64,000 bases of DNA. It comes from Raillietiella orientalis (Eukaryota). The stretch is from contig JAYWIR010000003.1 of NCBI GenBank assembly GCA_036172245.1, positions 2,666,001 to 2,730,000 on the forward strand, written 5' to 3'. The notes under the pieces are model-generated. The model saw only the letters and a list, made by a program, of their open reading frames with translations, was not told the DNA's origin and did no database searches. Of the stretch, positions 11,700 through 23,680 are shown in pieces. The translations under genes and the position numbers were made by a program. Position 1 is the first letter of the stretch, and the number at the start of each line of letters is the position of its first letter.

Positions 11700-13000
11700 T
11701 TCTCTTGATCCATCTATAAGACGTTGAAGAGTGAGCGCTGGTGTCTGATGCTGCACCTCTGGAAACTGAGGACACAGTAGTGTTGTTTCCACGAAACCAC
11801 GCAGACCCTAATTGGACTCCCTTCACGTTGGGGATTTCGGAGGTAAGCGTCCTCCCAAAACGCTTGAAGGGGGTGGTCACAGGGAGTAAGGCAAAAAAAA
11901 GGAGGGAAAAGAAAAAAAAGAACCTTCGAAATGACGTCCTGCGGCGGGGGCGCAATTTTGGAATCCCACTAGCCCTTGGCCGAAAAGCTCGACCAAGGGC
12001 TTCTTTCTCTAAGAAAATCACAAAACGCGAGGACCGATAAAACCAGCATTCCGAAACGCACGTTGAGATGAGGATGCGTGATGCTGCCAAGAGCGAAGAC
12101 AGCCTCAAAAATGGGAAATGAACAAAGATGCAAACGAACAAGTAGTTTGAATAAACGATGGCCACCGAATGTAGAAATGGAAACCCAAGCAGCTGAAAGA
12201 ATTGTCAAAGTCGCGGTCGGGCTGCTGGAGGTAGAAGAGGAGGCGGGGTTCTCTGATCTGCCATTGACGGCGGATGGACCAAGGGATGAGGCCATCCCGA
12301 AATATCGCAAACAGGACCGCATCTCGCATTCTTAATCCACAGCATTCGAGCAGCTAGAGAAATGGATTTGCTTTCTAAAGTAGAGGGCGCATTCGAAAGT
12401 CCGCAAAACAGTGCTTGCGGCAATGGAATGGGAATCCAACTGATATATCGCACGTGCCACCGATTCTCACCACGATATGAGAGATCACTTGTAACCGTCG
12501 CACACCCTTGGCGCTTCATCCCAGGAAGAGCCGGTCATCCTGTCGAGCTCGAAGTTTTATTGAACTCAGATGTAAACTCGGATGCAGTTTGGAAGGATCC
12601 GTGCATCCCAGAAGTTGAAGCACCGTTTATTCGGGCATTAGCTGGGCGTCCATTCAAGTCTGCGTTATGAAACCGAAAAGGACAAGAGTTCCCCTTTTAC
12701 CGATCCCCCAAGTTCAATCCCTTCCACACCAAATTTTGAGCATGGAATCATCAATCGTGACCAATAAGGAGGTCATCTTTCCTTCACGTTGAATACCAGG
12801 AACGGGGGAGAGTTGTAGAATTGATCGAGATTACACACAAAAGCTCTCACCGCTTCCTACTTTAAAGTCGCTTTGTACTAACGGCCACGACATGGAAACA
12901 AAAAAAAGATTCAATTCTTAGAAAGAGTAACCTCTATTATCTTCACCGTCGTGCTTCAAGTGAACGCACTGTACGAAATAATCCATCTGCAGACTCCTTG
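11700..13000 (-). mobile_element. Degenerate Ty3/gypsy (Mag-like) integrase; probable 3' half of the element at 14600-17200
   Basis: Minus strand, in order: SWP (~12885), FNVKE, VTIDD, FHNADL, AR..GM, TVTSDLSYRG (~12490), AIFRDGLIP/VNG (~12290), DFDNSFSCLGFHFYIRWPSFIQ (cf. EFxxFxxxWGFxHxTSSPxYPQ), LGRAFRPR (~11980). Confidence 0.65.
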
Positions 13001-13329
13001 TTACCAAAAGAACATCCGTTTGGCTTTACTGGGAGATTGAAAGGTGGGAGCAGTTGATCTCATTCGAAATCTCAGCAAAGCTTTTATGCATGTGGTAATT
13101 CGAAAGGCATATACCGACGGGTGGTGGAATTACTTTGGAGCAAAGTAAAGCCTTTTTTTTTCCCCACCCTCTCCAGGAGCCGCTGGAAATTTCCAGAATG
13201 AAAGAGTGATTGCCTCGAACGCGCGTTAGTTCGCAGTGCCCCCGGTAGATGCCAGGGCATGGACGACTTTCGGCTTTCCCCGCGGAGGTTCGTTCCTGCG
13301 GTGAGGAGAGCAGCAAACGGAATGAAAGA

Positions 13330-13770
13330 GTATTTGTGACTATAAATATTGATCATCTTCATGGGTTGGTTGTTTTTACGACGTTGGTATGCACAACATG
13401 AAATTGAAATGCCTACGTCTTTTATAACACTTTCCTAAAATTTCGAGGTAACAGATGGAGGTGTTTACCTCAACCCCCCTCTCCCTGTGTTGACACGCCG
13501 ATGATTCACAGAACTTTTAAGGGATGCTTATGAATTAGAAAAATCCTTATAGATTCGAAAATGCCCGAGATATTGGAAAAGCGGGATGAAACTCGGAGAG
13601 CCACACGCGTGTGTAAGTGGATTCGAAAATCGAGCGGCATTTCAGCTTCCTCGAACTACCCACAAGAAAAATGACTCCCTCTTCTCCTGCAGGAGTGTTT
13701 GTCTCGTGCTCGGATGGAATCTCGATAATGGCGAAAGGTTCTTCGGCTCAGAATGCATCATCGCAAATAT
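13330..13770 (+). mobile_element. Possible degenerate LINE endonuclease fragment lying inside the minus-strand gypsy element
   Basis: GGVYLNP (~13456), KILIDSKMPEI (~13540, cf. ILIMGDFNMPDI), ELPTRKMT (~13653, cf. EPTR). Confidence 0.35.
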
Positions 13771-14599
13771 CATTGGCGGAATTTTTTTTTTTTTTTTTCT
13801 CTTCAAGGGAGCTCCAGAAGTGGGGCATCGTTGGTCCGCATCGCACGGATCAGAGAAATGTCTTCCCTGGGATCTCGCGCTGGATGAATTCCCTTTAAGC
13901 AATCAGCTCGATGCGTACGTCATGCCCGTGGCTAGATGCCGCGGCGATCCTTCTCGGCGCCCGTTGTCAGGTCGTCGGTCCGTTGTCGGGAGTCGCGTTT
14001 TCTTCATCTGCAACGGTTTCCATTTGCCAGGAGCGTCTTTCGCAGAACCGCAGGAACCACGTGTTGATCGCTCGCCGTTCAATTTCCAGAAAATTTGCCT
14101 CCCGTGGCCGTGAAAAGGGTTCTCATTATGTTCCGTCCTGATGTCCGTTTTCTGGGAAAATCAGCATGAGAGATGAAATGTGGACTTTCGTTCGAGAGAG
14201 CATGGCGTGGCTGCACAACATATCATCAAGACCTTCACATTAAAGTTCCATTAGTCGCCGTCCATTTCGTAGAACGCCGCATACAACATGCTCATAAATT
14301 ATGAGTACCATCAATTCGATCATGTACACGAAGGCATGAATCCAGTAATCAGTCATAATCGTACACGGCTGCAATGAATGAGATGTTTTCATGATGAAAT
14401 TTTATGGCAAATATGAGGAAGTTCCATGAAAATTTCCCATTTGTCTTTGCCTTTCTGTAATTTCCTTAGCAACAGTTGAAAGACGCGTTTATCTTCCGAT
14501 TAAAGGAACGGTGCAAGGCCGGAAGAAAATGCGATTCCTTCGAGTGGGGAGGGTTTTTTTTTTTCCCTCCATTCTTCGGAAGATCTGCTTCCATTAGCT

Positions 14600-17200
14600 A
14601 CCATGGGGATGAGATTTCTGCGTCGATTTCAATCTCACACCAGCTCAGATGAACATCCAGCTTGCATCCCTGGTGAGCACTGAACTGAATAGCCGGATGC
14701 TCGGCGCAGGTCTGCAAGTCAAAGCCACAAGTCAAGATAGTCCAACAGTGCTCTTCAGGTGGTGCTTGCTGTGAAAAGCGCGATTGAGATGGAATGAAGA
14801 GAGCAGCATCCACGTCCTCCCATCACTCAGTCCTCCGATGCTCACGTGAGGGTGCCTTCTGAATGGGCTGGTTTCGCAGGTCAACATGGTCCTCCACGGC
14901 ACGATCACCAATGAAATGAGGTGCATCCGTCAAATGAAAAAAGCAGTGGAGCCCGAAAGCCTTGAGACCGCATCTTTCGTAGAGGATCCCGTGGCGCCAA
15001 GGATCCAGTCTGTCTTTTCCAGAGGAAACTATCGAGTGATGTGCGAATGCACCTCCCTGGAACGTGTATAGGGAGCTGCCTGCTCCTGATGGGTCGCTCT
15101 TCGAGGCATCACAAATCATTCTCTTACAGAAAAGGCTGTCTCCACGCTAATTCCGTCGTGTCAGAAAACGGGGCAAAGCAACGGACGGGATCTTCGTCGG
15201 ATCTGCCGAACTGGAAGCTCTCCAACAAGACCAACAGAGACGGAAACGGCGACGCGGCTTCTTGCTGGACCCGAAATGCATCGCACGGTCAGGCCGCCAG
15301 CACGGCAGGGTCACTTTTGTAACTTTAAGCTTCGCTCCGCCCTTGCTCAGGAAGAAGTTCCACGATGACGGCGGGGTCTTGTACAGAGAGGTCTCTCTCT
15401 GTACAAGAGCTCTCCTCGCGCGAACGCTTTCACCTATCTGGTTCTGTTGGAATTCGCCTCTGCTCTTGCAGCGGCTGATTCCAATTGAAGGCGCTCGATT
15501 CGCTTGTTTTTCCTTTCTCTTATCGGAAGGAACTGGCCATCTCGGTTTTCCTACTCTGCTTTTTGCCCTCGAGGCGGCAGAGAATGCGAGAGAGTCCCCC
15601 CTGAAAACTGTAGTAGTACAAGATCTCCGTTCGAGTGGATCCGTTCAGGCTGTGGTACTTCAGAAGACATGGGCCTTCCCTCCGAGTGGACAGTAGCAGA
15701 GGCTGCAGCGAAAGGCTCGACGAAGACAGTAGTGGAGTTCCGCGTGGACAAGTCGTCACTCTCCCCTAGGTGATCTCGACTGCCACCCCCGTAGTCATCC
15801 CATTGCTGCACCGACTGTCGTGCGGATGGTCACCATGCCTGATTCGGAAGCAATAGGAGGCTGGCAAGCATCTCTTCTTTTCCCATCTTTTATCCAACCT
15901 ACCCCTTCCTATTGTTCATTTGGACGGCGCCTACAACAAGCCACGAAATACTCGGTGAAAATAGTCGAGAGCTGTTGCCGCACCCGAACCACATGCAACC
16001 GCGGATGGGTGTTTCTCCGCAGAGGGACACTGAAGCAACAAGGACGTTGACGCGGAAGGTAGCGACTTCCCTGGCCGAATGCCTCAAAGGCTCCTTCCAG
16101 AGCTGGTGCGGCGGGCTGTAGAAATTTCTGCATTGCACTGAGCATCCCCAGAGTGCCAGTACGAAAAGAGAGTCCTCAAGGGACGTGCCAAGTGCCACAG
16201 GCCAATGCTTCTCGACGCAGTGTTCTCTACGAGCGTCGTGGATGGGAACTTTTCAGCCACCCCTTTGCCTCCGTCCGAGTCCCTAACTCGGCTTTCCAGC
16301 AATCCCGCCGTTCAGCTTCCGGTCTCCCGATCTTCAAGGCGATATGCTCTGGACTCTCGGCATCCCTCCGATCAGCTGAGGGCTCCTCTTGGAGAAAGAG
16401 GGTAACTCCGCTTGGAAAATTTTCGGCCGCTTTTCCGGGCCCCATGTCCCGCTCCCCACTCTTCTTGCCCACGAACACGAGCGCCGTCATCGTGGTCGAG
16501 CGCCGTTGTCAGAGAGAGGCCGTTCCTGGAGCTTTTTGCGTTCCGAGCAATGGACCATCCCACACCGTTCCCTGGAAACGGCATCTTCGTTCTCGTTGGC
16601 GGTGGTGGTCGCCGCCTGTTCCGCTGAATTCATGGAGCTGCTCGGAATTCGCAGAGGTGCGTCTTTCCCGCAATTTCCTTTCCCTTCCCCTTTCTTGGAA
16701 GGCAATTTCCACGTCCAATCTGTTGAAAACTCCCATGGCTGAAGGGGAAAAACATCAGAGTGCACAGGTGGACGGCACGGAAGATGGTGGATTGCTAATC
16801 TGATCACGTACTTCGTATGTTGCCATCTACTTCATCTTCCCAACACCTTGATCGGATTCCTCTGCTCCCGATTGGTCTGCGGGTACGCTTTTCCCGGCGG
16901 TGTTCTGTGCTGGATCCTTGCCAGTGCTTCGGAAGTTCTGCACCTCCGATTTCTTCAGCATCCTCTCCCGAAAGAAGCCGCGGGCGAGGCGAAACTTGGG
17001 ATGATCTTGCGAAAGAGGGGAAGCGACTCCGTTCCTTTGACGGAAGAGATCGCAATGCCATCGCGGGGCGTGGCGTTGAAAAGCAAGGGCGGAAGGGTGA
17101 AAACAATGTCTCTCCCCTCGTAGCCAGGGGCGCGGGCGTCCCCTGCCGACGGGCAGCTCACACAGCTTTGCTGAGACCAATGGACGGATTCGTTCAGAAG
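14600..17200 (-). mobile_element. Degenerate Ty3/gypsy (Mag-like) gag-PR-RT-RNaseH
   Basis: Minus strand, in canonical order over about 2 kb: possible knuckle HCFH..H..HC (~17100), GPLLG (~16550), KAELGTRTEAKG (~16280), PALEGAFEAFGQGSRY (~16090), FQGGLSRILCRLEG (~15590), IPTEPD/VKA (~15440), ICDASKS..GAG (~15110), VEDH..PIQKAPSREHR (~14860, cf. TDH..PLxKAPPRLQR). Confidence 0.65.
15377..15408. repeat. Perfect 14-bp inverted repeat with 4-nt loop
   Basis: TCTTGTACAGAGAG (15377-15390), loop GTCT, CTCTCTGTACAAGA (15395-15408); read directly. Confidence 0.95.
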
Positions 17201-17879
17201 GACAGGCAGCTGCGGAGCGGAGCCCCGCGCCAACAAGAAGCCAACTGCTTGGTCTGAATGCGACAACTGGAGTTGTTGTTGTTTGTCTTGTTTTTTTTTT
17301 TTTTTTTCAACCCATGCGAGCCGGTGATTTGTTTTCTTTGCCGGCGCGATATCAACGTCTGCATCTGTCCGGTTTTTATTTTATTTATTTTTTTTTCCAG
17401 CTTCTGACTGACCCATTCATTGCTATTGGTTGTCTTCTACTTATCTGGATCTGGTCGGCAGTGATTCAGTGGACAGCCCCAATTTTTGTTTGCCTCCGGC
17501 TTGCAGTTTTCGTGAGTTCCTGGTTCGGCCTTACCCACTTTGTGCCGACCCATTTTCGTGCTTGAGGTGTTCTGTGCCCGCTTAGTAGTTGTTCTCGACA
17601 TTTTTTTGTTTGTGACTTTTTTTTTTACTGTTCCCTATTCCCTGCTTCTTATTTTTTATCCCTTTTCCCTCCCCCACGTATGGATTCCATGAGGACACTC
17701 ATTCCTGCCTAATTTGTTGGACAGTCCAGCACTCCGGAAACGCCTATTCTCCCCACCGGACAGAACATATTCCCTCCGGGGAACCTGCGGATACGGGATG
17801 AATCGATGTTCTCTCTTTGGATCTGTTCTTGGGATAAATCTGTAGAAGACTGTGCGGGGCTCCGGATTGGAGCGATTCT

Positions 17880-19150
17880 TGCAATGGAGCGGGTGTAGGA
17901 GAGAAGGGTGCGGATGGAGGAAAAGGTGGTCATAGCAACGTTGGAGCCCGCCTCGCGAAACCTCTGACTTGGAGTGCAAGAAAGGATCTCGAAGAAATAG
18001 CCACAAAGGCGTGCATTTTCAGTTTTCGCGCGAAAGCCTCATGCCCTGACCTGCCGGCTGTCGCGCGCAGCATCCGGAATGACCCCAGTCGGAACAAGAC
18101 GGAAGGAGGAAAATGACTCTCCGAAAAGGGTAGCGTTGCACATCGGGTCCTCCATCTTGTTAGCTTCGGCATACCCCGCATGCCCCTTATCGCAGATTGG
18201 CGCCCCCAAGACCCAGATCTATGATTTCGCCGGTCGATACCAAATGATACTGAGAGAGTTTTGTTTGAGAAAGGAAAAACGAGAAGAAAGAGAGGACCAG
18301 ACGAACAATGGGCGAGACAGTTCCCGCCGGCAGCGCAAACGCGACCGGACGCTCCACAGAGCGGCGCTGAGAGAGCAGCAGGTCGATCTGCGAGATCAGC
18401 GAGCGGGAAAAGGGCTCGAGAAGGCGACTCAGCAGCGGCTGAAGATGGCGACAAGGCAGTGGCTCTTTTCTGGACGTGGATGTCAGCAGCTGGGCTCCGG
18501 ATTTCGCCTCCCAGCCTCCCGAGGGGCTGATGGATTAGGAGGAATTCGAATGCGCGGGATCACGTAGAAGGGGGAGCCAACTCGGAACAGAGAAGCGTGC
18601 GAATTCACTTAGCGGAGCCTGCGCCGGGCTGAGCGAGGATTCTTCCCCCGTATCCCCATGGCTACGAGTGTTCCAGAAAAGTTGCTGCCCGCGTGGACCT
18701 GTAGGATGCTTCCGTTTCGCGTGACTCCCAACAAGTCTACTCTTGATTCACCTCGACCCAGAGCCGCTTTCCACCTCGGCCCCGTTGCTGGTCACGCAGA
18801 CGGCCCATTCTGCGCGGCATGAATTCGGAAATCTCGAGGCGCTGGAAGAGACCTTTTCCCGCTTAAAATCGACCTGCTCCGCTGGCGGTTCGATCCCGCA
18901 CGCGGATGGAGCTCCAAGGAGCAGTGCGCCGGGATTGCTGCAGGGAGCGTCCATCGATGCGTTCGGATGCTCTGCGGGAGAAGCGCGCGTCATGGAAACG
19001 GCGCGGAGGGAGTTCCTTCCGTCGAAGAGCCCATCCTAGGAGCAAGGACTCGAATTTTCGCTCGGATATCGATTCTCTGTCCTACGCGGGCGGCTCCACG
19101 CGTGACATTCGCCACCTCGCGACTACGCCTGCTCTGAGAACCCGGAGATG
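17880..19150 (+). mobile_element. Degenerate Ty3/gypsy RT-RNaseH
   Basis: RMEEKVVI (~17911). ORF 18079..18567 has LASAYPACPLSQIGAPKT..GRYQMILREF..RDQRAGKGLEKATQQRLKM (cf. LxSAYHQIPLxxxSRPKT..GRYQFxRMPF..HDQRLxKVLERAxxxGLKL), with YxDD lost. ORF 18743..19039 has LSTSAPL..EETFSRLKS..PHAD..SIDA..SKS. Confidence 0.8.
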
Positions 19151-21249
19151 CTAGGAGGACAGCAAATCATCCCCCGTAAACACTTGAAACTTTAGTCGCT
19201 GCGTTGGTAATTGCCATCCCTCTGAAGCTGCGTGGAAGAAGAAGAAAAAAAAAAAATCCCGAGCATGGCAGTGCGCGCTTCATTCCGCTTACTTTCCTCG
19301 TCCGCAGCATCACCCGGCCGACAGGAGGACGCCGGACGCAGCGGCGGTCTCTTCGCGGGGCATCTTCGGATCTTTTTTTTCTTTTTTTTTTTCTCCCCCC
19401 CCCCTCGTGCCTCCGTTGCTAAGTTAACTCGGGCCCCGTCCGCTCTTGTAATTACCAACGGCGAAGCTTGGCAAAATACACTCAGCGCGGCCTCGGCCAA
19501 GCCTCTTTTATCTGTGCAGCCAGAGCAACAGCTGATCTTTTTTTTCTTTCCTTTCCAGCGAACCGATGCCTTCACATCGCAGATGTGGCGCCTAAGCAAC
19601 GTAGCTCGGATGCCGGGCACAACGAGCTCCGGACGGAGGTTCATCACGAGTGACTCTCTAATATAAAAAAAAGCACAGTAGTAATAAAAGCCTTCATTCT
19701 TATGTACGGCAAGCGGAAGAATTGAAAACAAATAAAATTACCAACCCTGGGCTGCAGAGGATTGAGGAAAACCGACGCTTTGATCTTGCACTTTTAAAAT
19801 GAGCGCCTGGCAGGTGAGCAAATTCACCACAAGTGTATACAGAGCATATATAGTACTGTGAAGGAATGGGAGGCCAATTCTGGAGCGAATGCATCACGGG
19901 ATAAATTGCAGGGGAAGAAACTGGCGAAAACCGTGGGAAAAATAAAAATAAAAAAAAAAAAGGTTTGGCGAAAATAAATTATCCGCCTTCTCGCAGCATC
20001 CTGGAGCAGCGGATCTCCCGCCGTCACCTTCATGCTGGGTAGCTCCCGGGAGCACACGCCAAAGGGGGAACGCCAGTCCATGTAAACAAGATCGGGAGCT
20101 CTGGAGATGAGCGCTCCGCGCGAAATGATGATCGCCTTGTTTGGTGCTTCTTCCCGCTGCATCTCCATCCTAGCCCATCGCAGTCGCATCGTTCCCGTTT
20201 TCGCGCTCGCTCGGAAAGCGATCTTCCTCCATCAGACCCGATTTCTTCCTCTGTCCGACCAGAACTCGACAGGGAAACTCGGAAGTTTCCCGAGATGGGT
20301 CGGGTCCCGTCGATGGTGCCTCGGTGACCTTTGCCGTTTGCCATTTGCATTTGTTCCAACGGGACCGTCACCCGGAAACGCCGGTTTCCCGGAACACGCC
20401 TCGGAAGCCGTGGCCCGCAGGCAGCTCATGGACGGCGGTCACCAAGCGCTGCCGTCCACCGACAAACCGTTTCCGCGGAACCAGCTACCCGAGCTGGAGC
20501 GCAGCAGCGGCGTGCTCCGGGAACGGGAAGCGAACGGGAGAAAGCGGCGCGCGAGGAAGAACGGCGAGCGCCCTGGGGGGGGGGGGGGCCAAAATCCCTC
20601 CGACCTCCTCTCTCCGGAGGAGTCTCTCTTTCCGGTTTGCCGGGGGAGGTCGTGCACTCGCCCCCCTCCCCCTCCCTTCCTCGAGATCACCAGCGGCGGC
20701 GTTCCACCGGGTGGCGGGAAACGCGCACGCGCACCGGCCGTCGTCCGATTCCTGGTGCGTAATTAACTCGCGTAATTCCGTGCGGATTACCTCGCGGTGA
20801 TCTCGTTAGCGGAACGCGTGCGTGCGCAGGAGAGGCGACACGGGAGGAGCTGCGCAATTCTTTCGCAACCTCTCCGGGATCCGTGCCGCCCGCGGAAGCG
20901 AGCGCGGGAAGCGTGCAGGCAGTGCACACAGCCCGTAACGGCTCGGGGACTCCCTGCCGACCAGCCGCTATCCCTCTCTCATCCCACTTCGCGCTTCCGA
21001 TGTCTTGCATCTCCTGCCCGCCGTGCTCCGGCGGAGGCGGAGTGCACCTCGAGGTGCGGCAGCGCCGTCCGACCACCGGAAAAAAAAAAAAAAAAAAAAC
21101 GGGAAAAAACGGAAGGGGCTTACCTTGGCAGCGTGGGGACCCGAACGCGTCCCGTCTCTCTGGAGGCATCCGCGCCGCCTCTCCCGCAGCAGAGCTCGGC
21201 CGCGCCACCGCTGGGTCTTCCTGCGCCATCCCTGCATCACTACGAGCAC

Positions 21250-21860
21250 TCTCTTCTTACCACCGCACCGAAAGTGACCGAAAACGGGACCAAAATTGCT
21301 GGCACTAATGCGAGGACATTCGGCGCACTCTCCTGGTGATTCACGCAGAATGGAGGGGGCAATTCTTGTCTCACATTGGAGTGCGGAAGGGCGTCCAATT
21401 CACTGATCCCCGGTGTTAGTGAATGAAAGAGAACACGGCACAAAAACCGTTCACATAAAAAAGGAAAAAAAAAAAAAAAAAAAAAAGAAGAAGAAGAAGA
21501 AGAAGAAGAGAGAGGGAGGAGGCATTCAGGGAACGGAAGACATGTCAACCGAGCTACTTTGTACAGGGGTTCGTGTGTGCACGGGAGGGGGGTGCATTTC
21601 AGCCTTCTAGACGAGGAGTCCTCTGGCACTGCATCCTCAAAGGTCATCCGAATGCGTTCGTCGGAATCGGGGGGGGGGGAGAGGAGGGAGGTGGGCTTGC
21701 TCGCTTTTCGTGCAGGGTGCTCCATTCCGAGCTCCTTCTTCTCGCATCTGAAAAGCAAAATCCATCTCGGAATGTGGACTGCAATCGTTGCTTTTACCTA
21801 TTCTAAAATTAGACGTGAAAGCGCAGTAAAAGCGTGCTCTCGTTTGAACGTCAGCATTTG
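21250..21860 (+). mobile_element. Degenerate mariner-like transposase catalytic region
   Basis: EGAILVSHW..EGRPI (~21352, cf. EGVILVDFL..GxTIN), SLLDE..TA..KV (~21600, cf. LLHDNAxPHTA), SSFFSHLKSKI (~21730). Interrupted by a poly-A/(GAA)n tract. Confidence 0.4.
21466..21510. repeat. Poly-A run followed by (GAA)n microsatellite
   Basis: Direct reading. Confidence 0.9.
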
Positions 21861-22849
21861 AAACTGGCATTATAAATCACCTTTTCCTTTTTGGAATAAA
21901 TTTCTCTCCTGGAGTGCAATATTTCGCTCTGCGTATCCCCCTAATAAAAGCAAGGTGTAGCGTGACTGCGTAGTGCACTCCTCGGCCACACCGCGCTTTC
22001 CACGAGCGTCTACTCTGCGGCCCCGGCCCGATCTGCTCCACGGTCTCGGGTCCATAATCAAAAAAGGAAAATTGGAACTTGTCTCCGAAACCGAGATTCG
22101 TATCAGATGCTGTCAAGGTCACACCGGATGTTTCTGCGTAACTGTAAATGTGCACGCTTATTCGGGGACTGTAAATATTTTTTTTCCTTTTTTTGTAATT
22201 AATTTATCCGCGCATGAATCACGCACGCGCGCGCGTCCGAATGCTCGGAGTCGGGCGCGCGTTGCCCCGTATATGCGCCGAAGCGTACGCGTGGATGGAT
22301 TCAACCGGGGTGCACTGAAGTACATTACATAAGGCGAGCCGCTTCGCGGAATAGTTCGCTTAACGGCCGGCAGATGGGGCAGTCAGTCTGTTTCCACGCT
22401 AGCGGGAAGCTGCAGTGCGCGTGCTCGGCAGCCGCGGAGAACTGCGCAGCGGGCAGGAAAAAAAATGGCGAAGCTCATGCACGCAGGTCGCCGCCAACAT
22501 GAGGTGCCGATTCCAGGCACTCCCATGAGAAAAATGGGGGACTCTGGACCGGCTGAAAGGAACGTGGGAAAGGTCTTCCTCGGTGTGCCGTTCCGATGTC
22601 GCTTGCGGAAGCTGCGAACACCGTGATCTGCCTTGACACGCTTCCTCCTGCCCAGTGCCGAACTGATCCTTCGCTATTCACGTCCACCCCTTCCATCTTG
22701 CTTTCCGATCGATCTCAGGATCGAAAACGGTTCCCGGTCACGTAGCAACCGAAATGGTGCGCTTGAAATCTTGGCCATGCGCGGCGGGGCTTGACGCGAA
22801 CGACTGTTGAAATGTTTTTTTTTGTTTGTTTGTTTGTTTTTTGTTTTTT

Positions 22850-23530
22850 TTTTTTTTGGGGGGGGGGGAAGGGATGGGGGAGAGCTCGCGTAGGTCCTGC
22901 CCCAGACGCGGAATCATCCGAGACGAGCTGCCGGAGTTTCCGTGGGTGGCGCAGCCAGTGGACTCGGCGCTCCGCGGCAACGTCTACCGGAAAGAACGGA
23001 GCTGCTCGCAACCCACCAGGTGCACGCGAAAAAGGAAGGGGAGGGGGGTGCCTGCCGAGATCGCAGGGGGAGAAGAAGGGAGATAGAAGACGCAGGGGGC
23101 GCGGGCGGCAGCATGCCGATGGCGGGCAGCTTCGGGGAAACTATTCCTCGGATGGTTCCCGATCCCGTCCACCCGTGGTTCCATCCCGGGTCGATCCACG
23201 CGGCCTGCGTTTGCACGTTTCAAGAAGGAAAAGAAAAAGGCCTTTTTTTCCTTCTTCTTCTTTCTTTTGCTCTCCTTTTCTGCTCGCCTTTTCGGTTGCA
23301 CCAGTGCTGGAAGGCACCTCCAGCTTTCTCGGATCGCCGCTGTCTCCCCAGGAGTCGCGCCTCCCGCGCACAAACCTCTCTGCGGATGTGCAGCCGATAA
23401 AGACATGAGGAAACAAATCGCCTACTAAAACCTACTTCGAGTGGTGTTCCCTGAGCGAAGGACCCATTAATATCGTGGAAGTAAAACAATTTGTCACTGA
23501 ACAGCGATTGTTGCGCATTGGATAACATGT
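22850..23530 (-). mobile_element. Degenerate Tc1-like transposase catalytic region
   Basis: Minus strand: SLFSDKLF (~23495, cf. ILFSDE), GGAFQHWC (~23310, cf. GGSVMVWG), RQAPPSPS..TWW (~23050, cf. DNAPPHTS..W), APSPLAAPPTE (~22955, cf. AQSPDLNPIE). Confidence 0.45.
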
Positions 23531-23662
23531 TTTACGAGCGCATAAAAGAACAGGACAATGCAGGGCGCCGCGCATCTCCAGCGTCTCGCTTCCAGGAATC
23601 CATGGAAACGGCGGGTAGGGACGGAAAGCCGGGAACCGTGAAAACGAGAAGACCATCCCATC

Positions 23663-23680
23663 CGCGCGCGCGCGCGCGCG
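23663..23680. repeat. (CG)9 alternating dinucleotide run
   Basis: Nine uninterrupted CG units, read directly. Confidence 0.95.

Noticed and set aside
12530..12661. Apparent terminal exon on the minus strand after a pyrimidine-rich CAG
   Set aside because: The peptide matches the decayed integrase zinc-binding region of the surrounding gypsy relic.
18885..18899. tRNA T-arm-like GGTTCGATCCC (also GGTTCGAAACC at ~27431)
   Set aside because: No A box at the correct distance and no cloverleaf.
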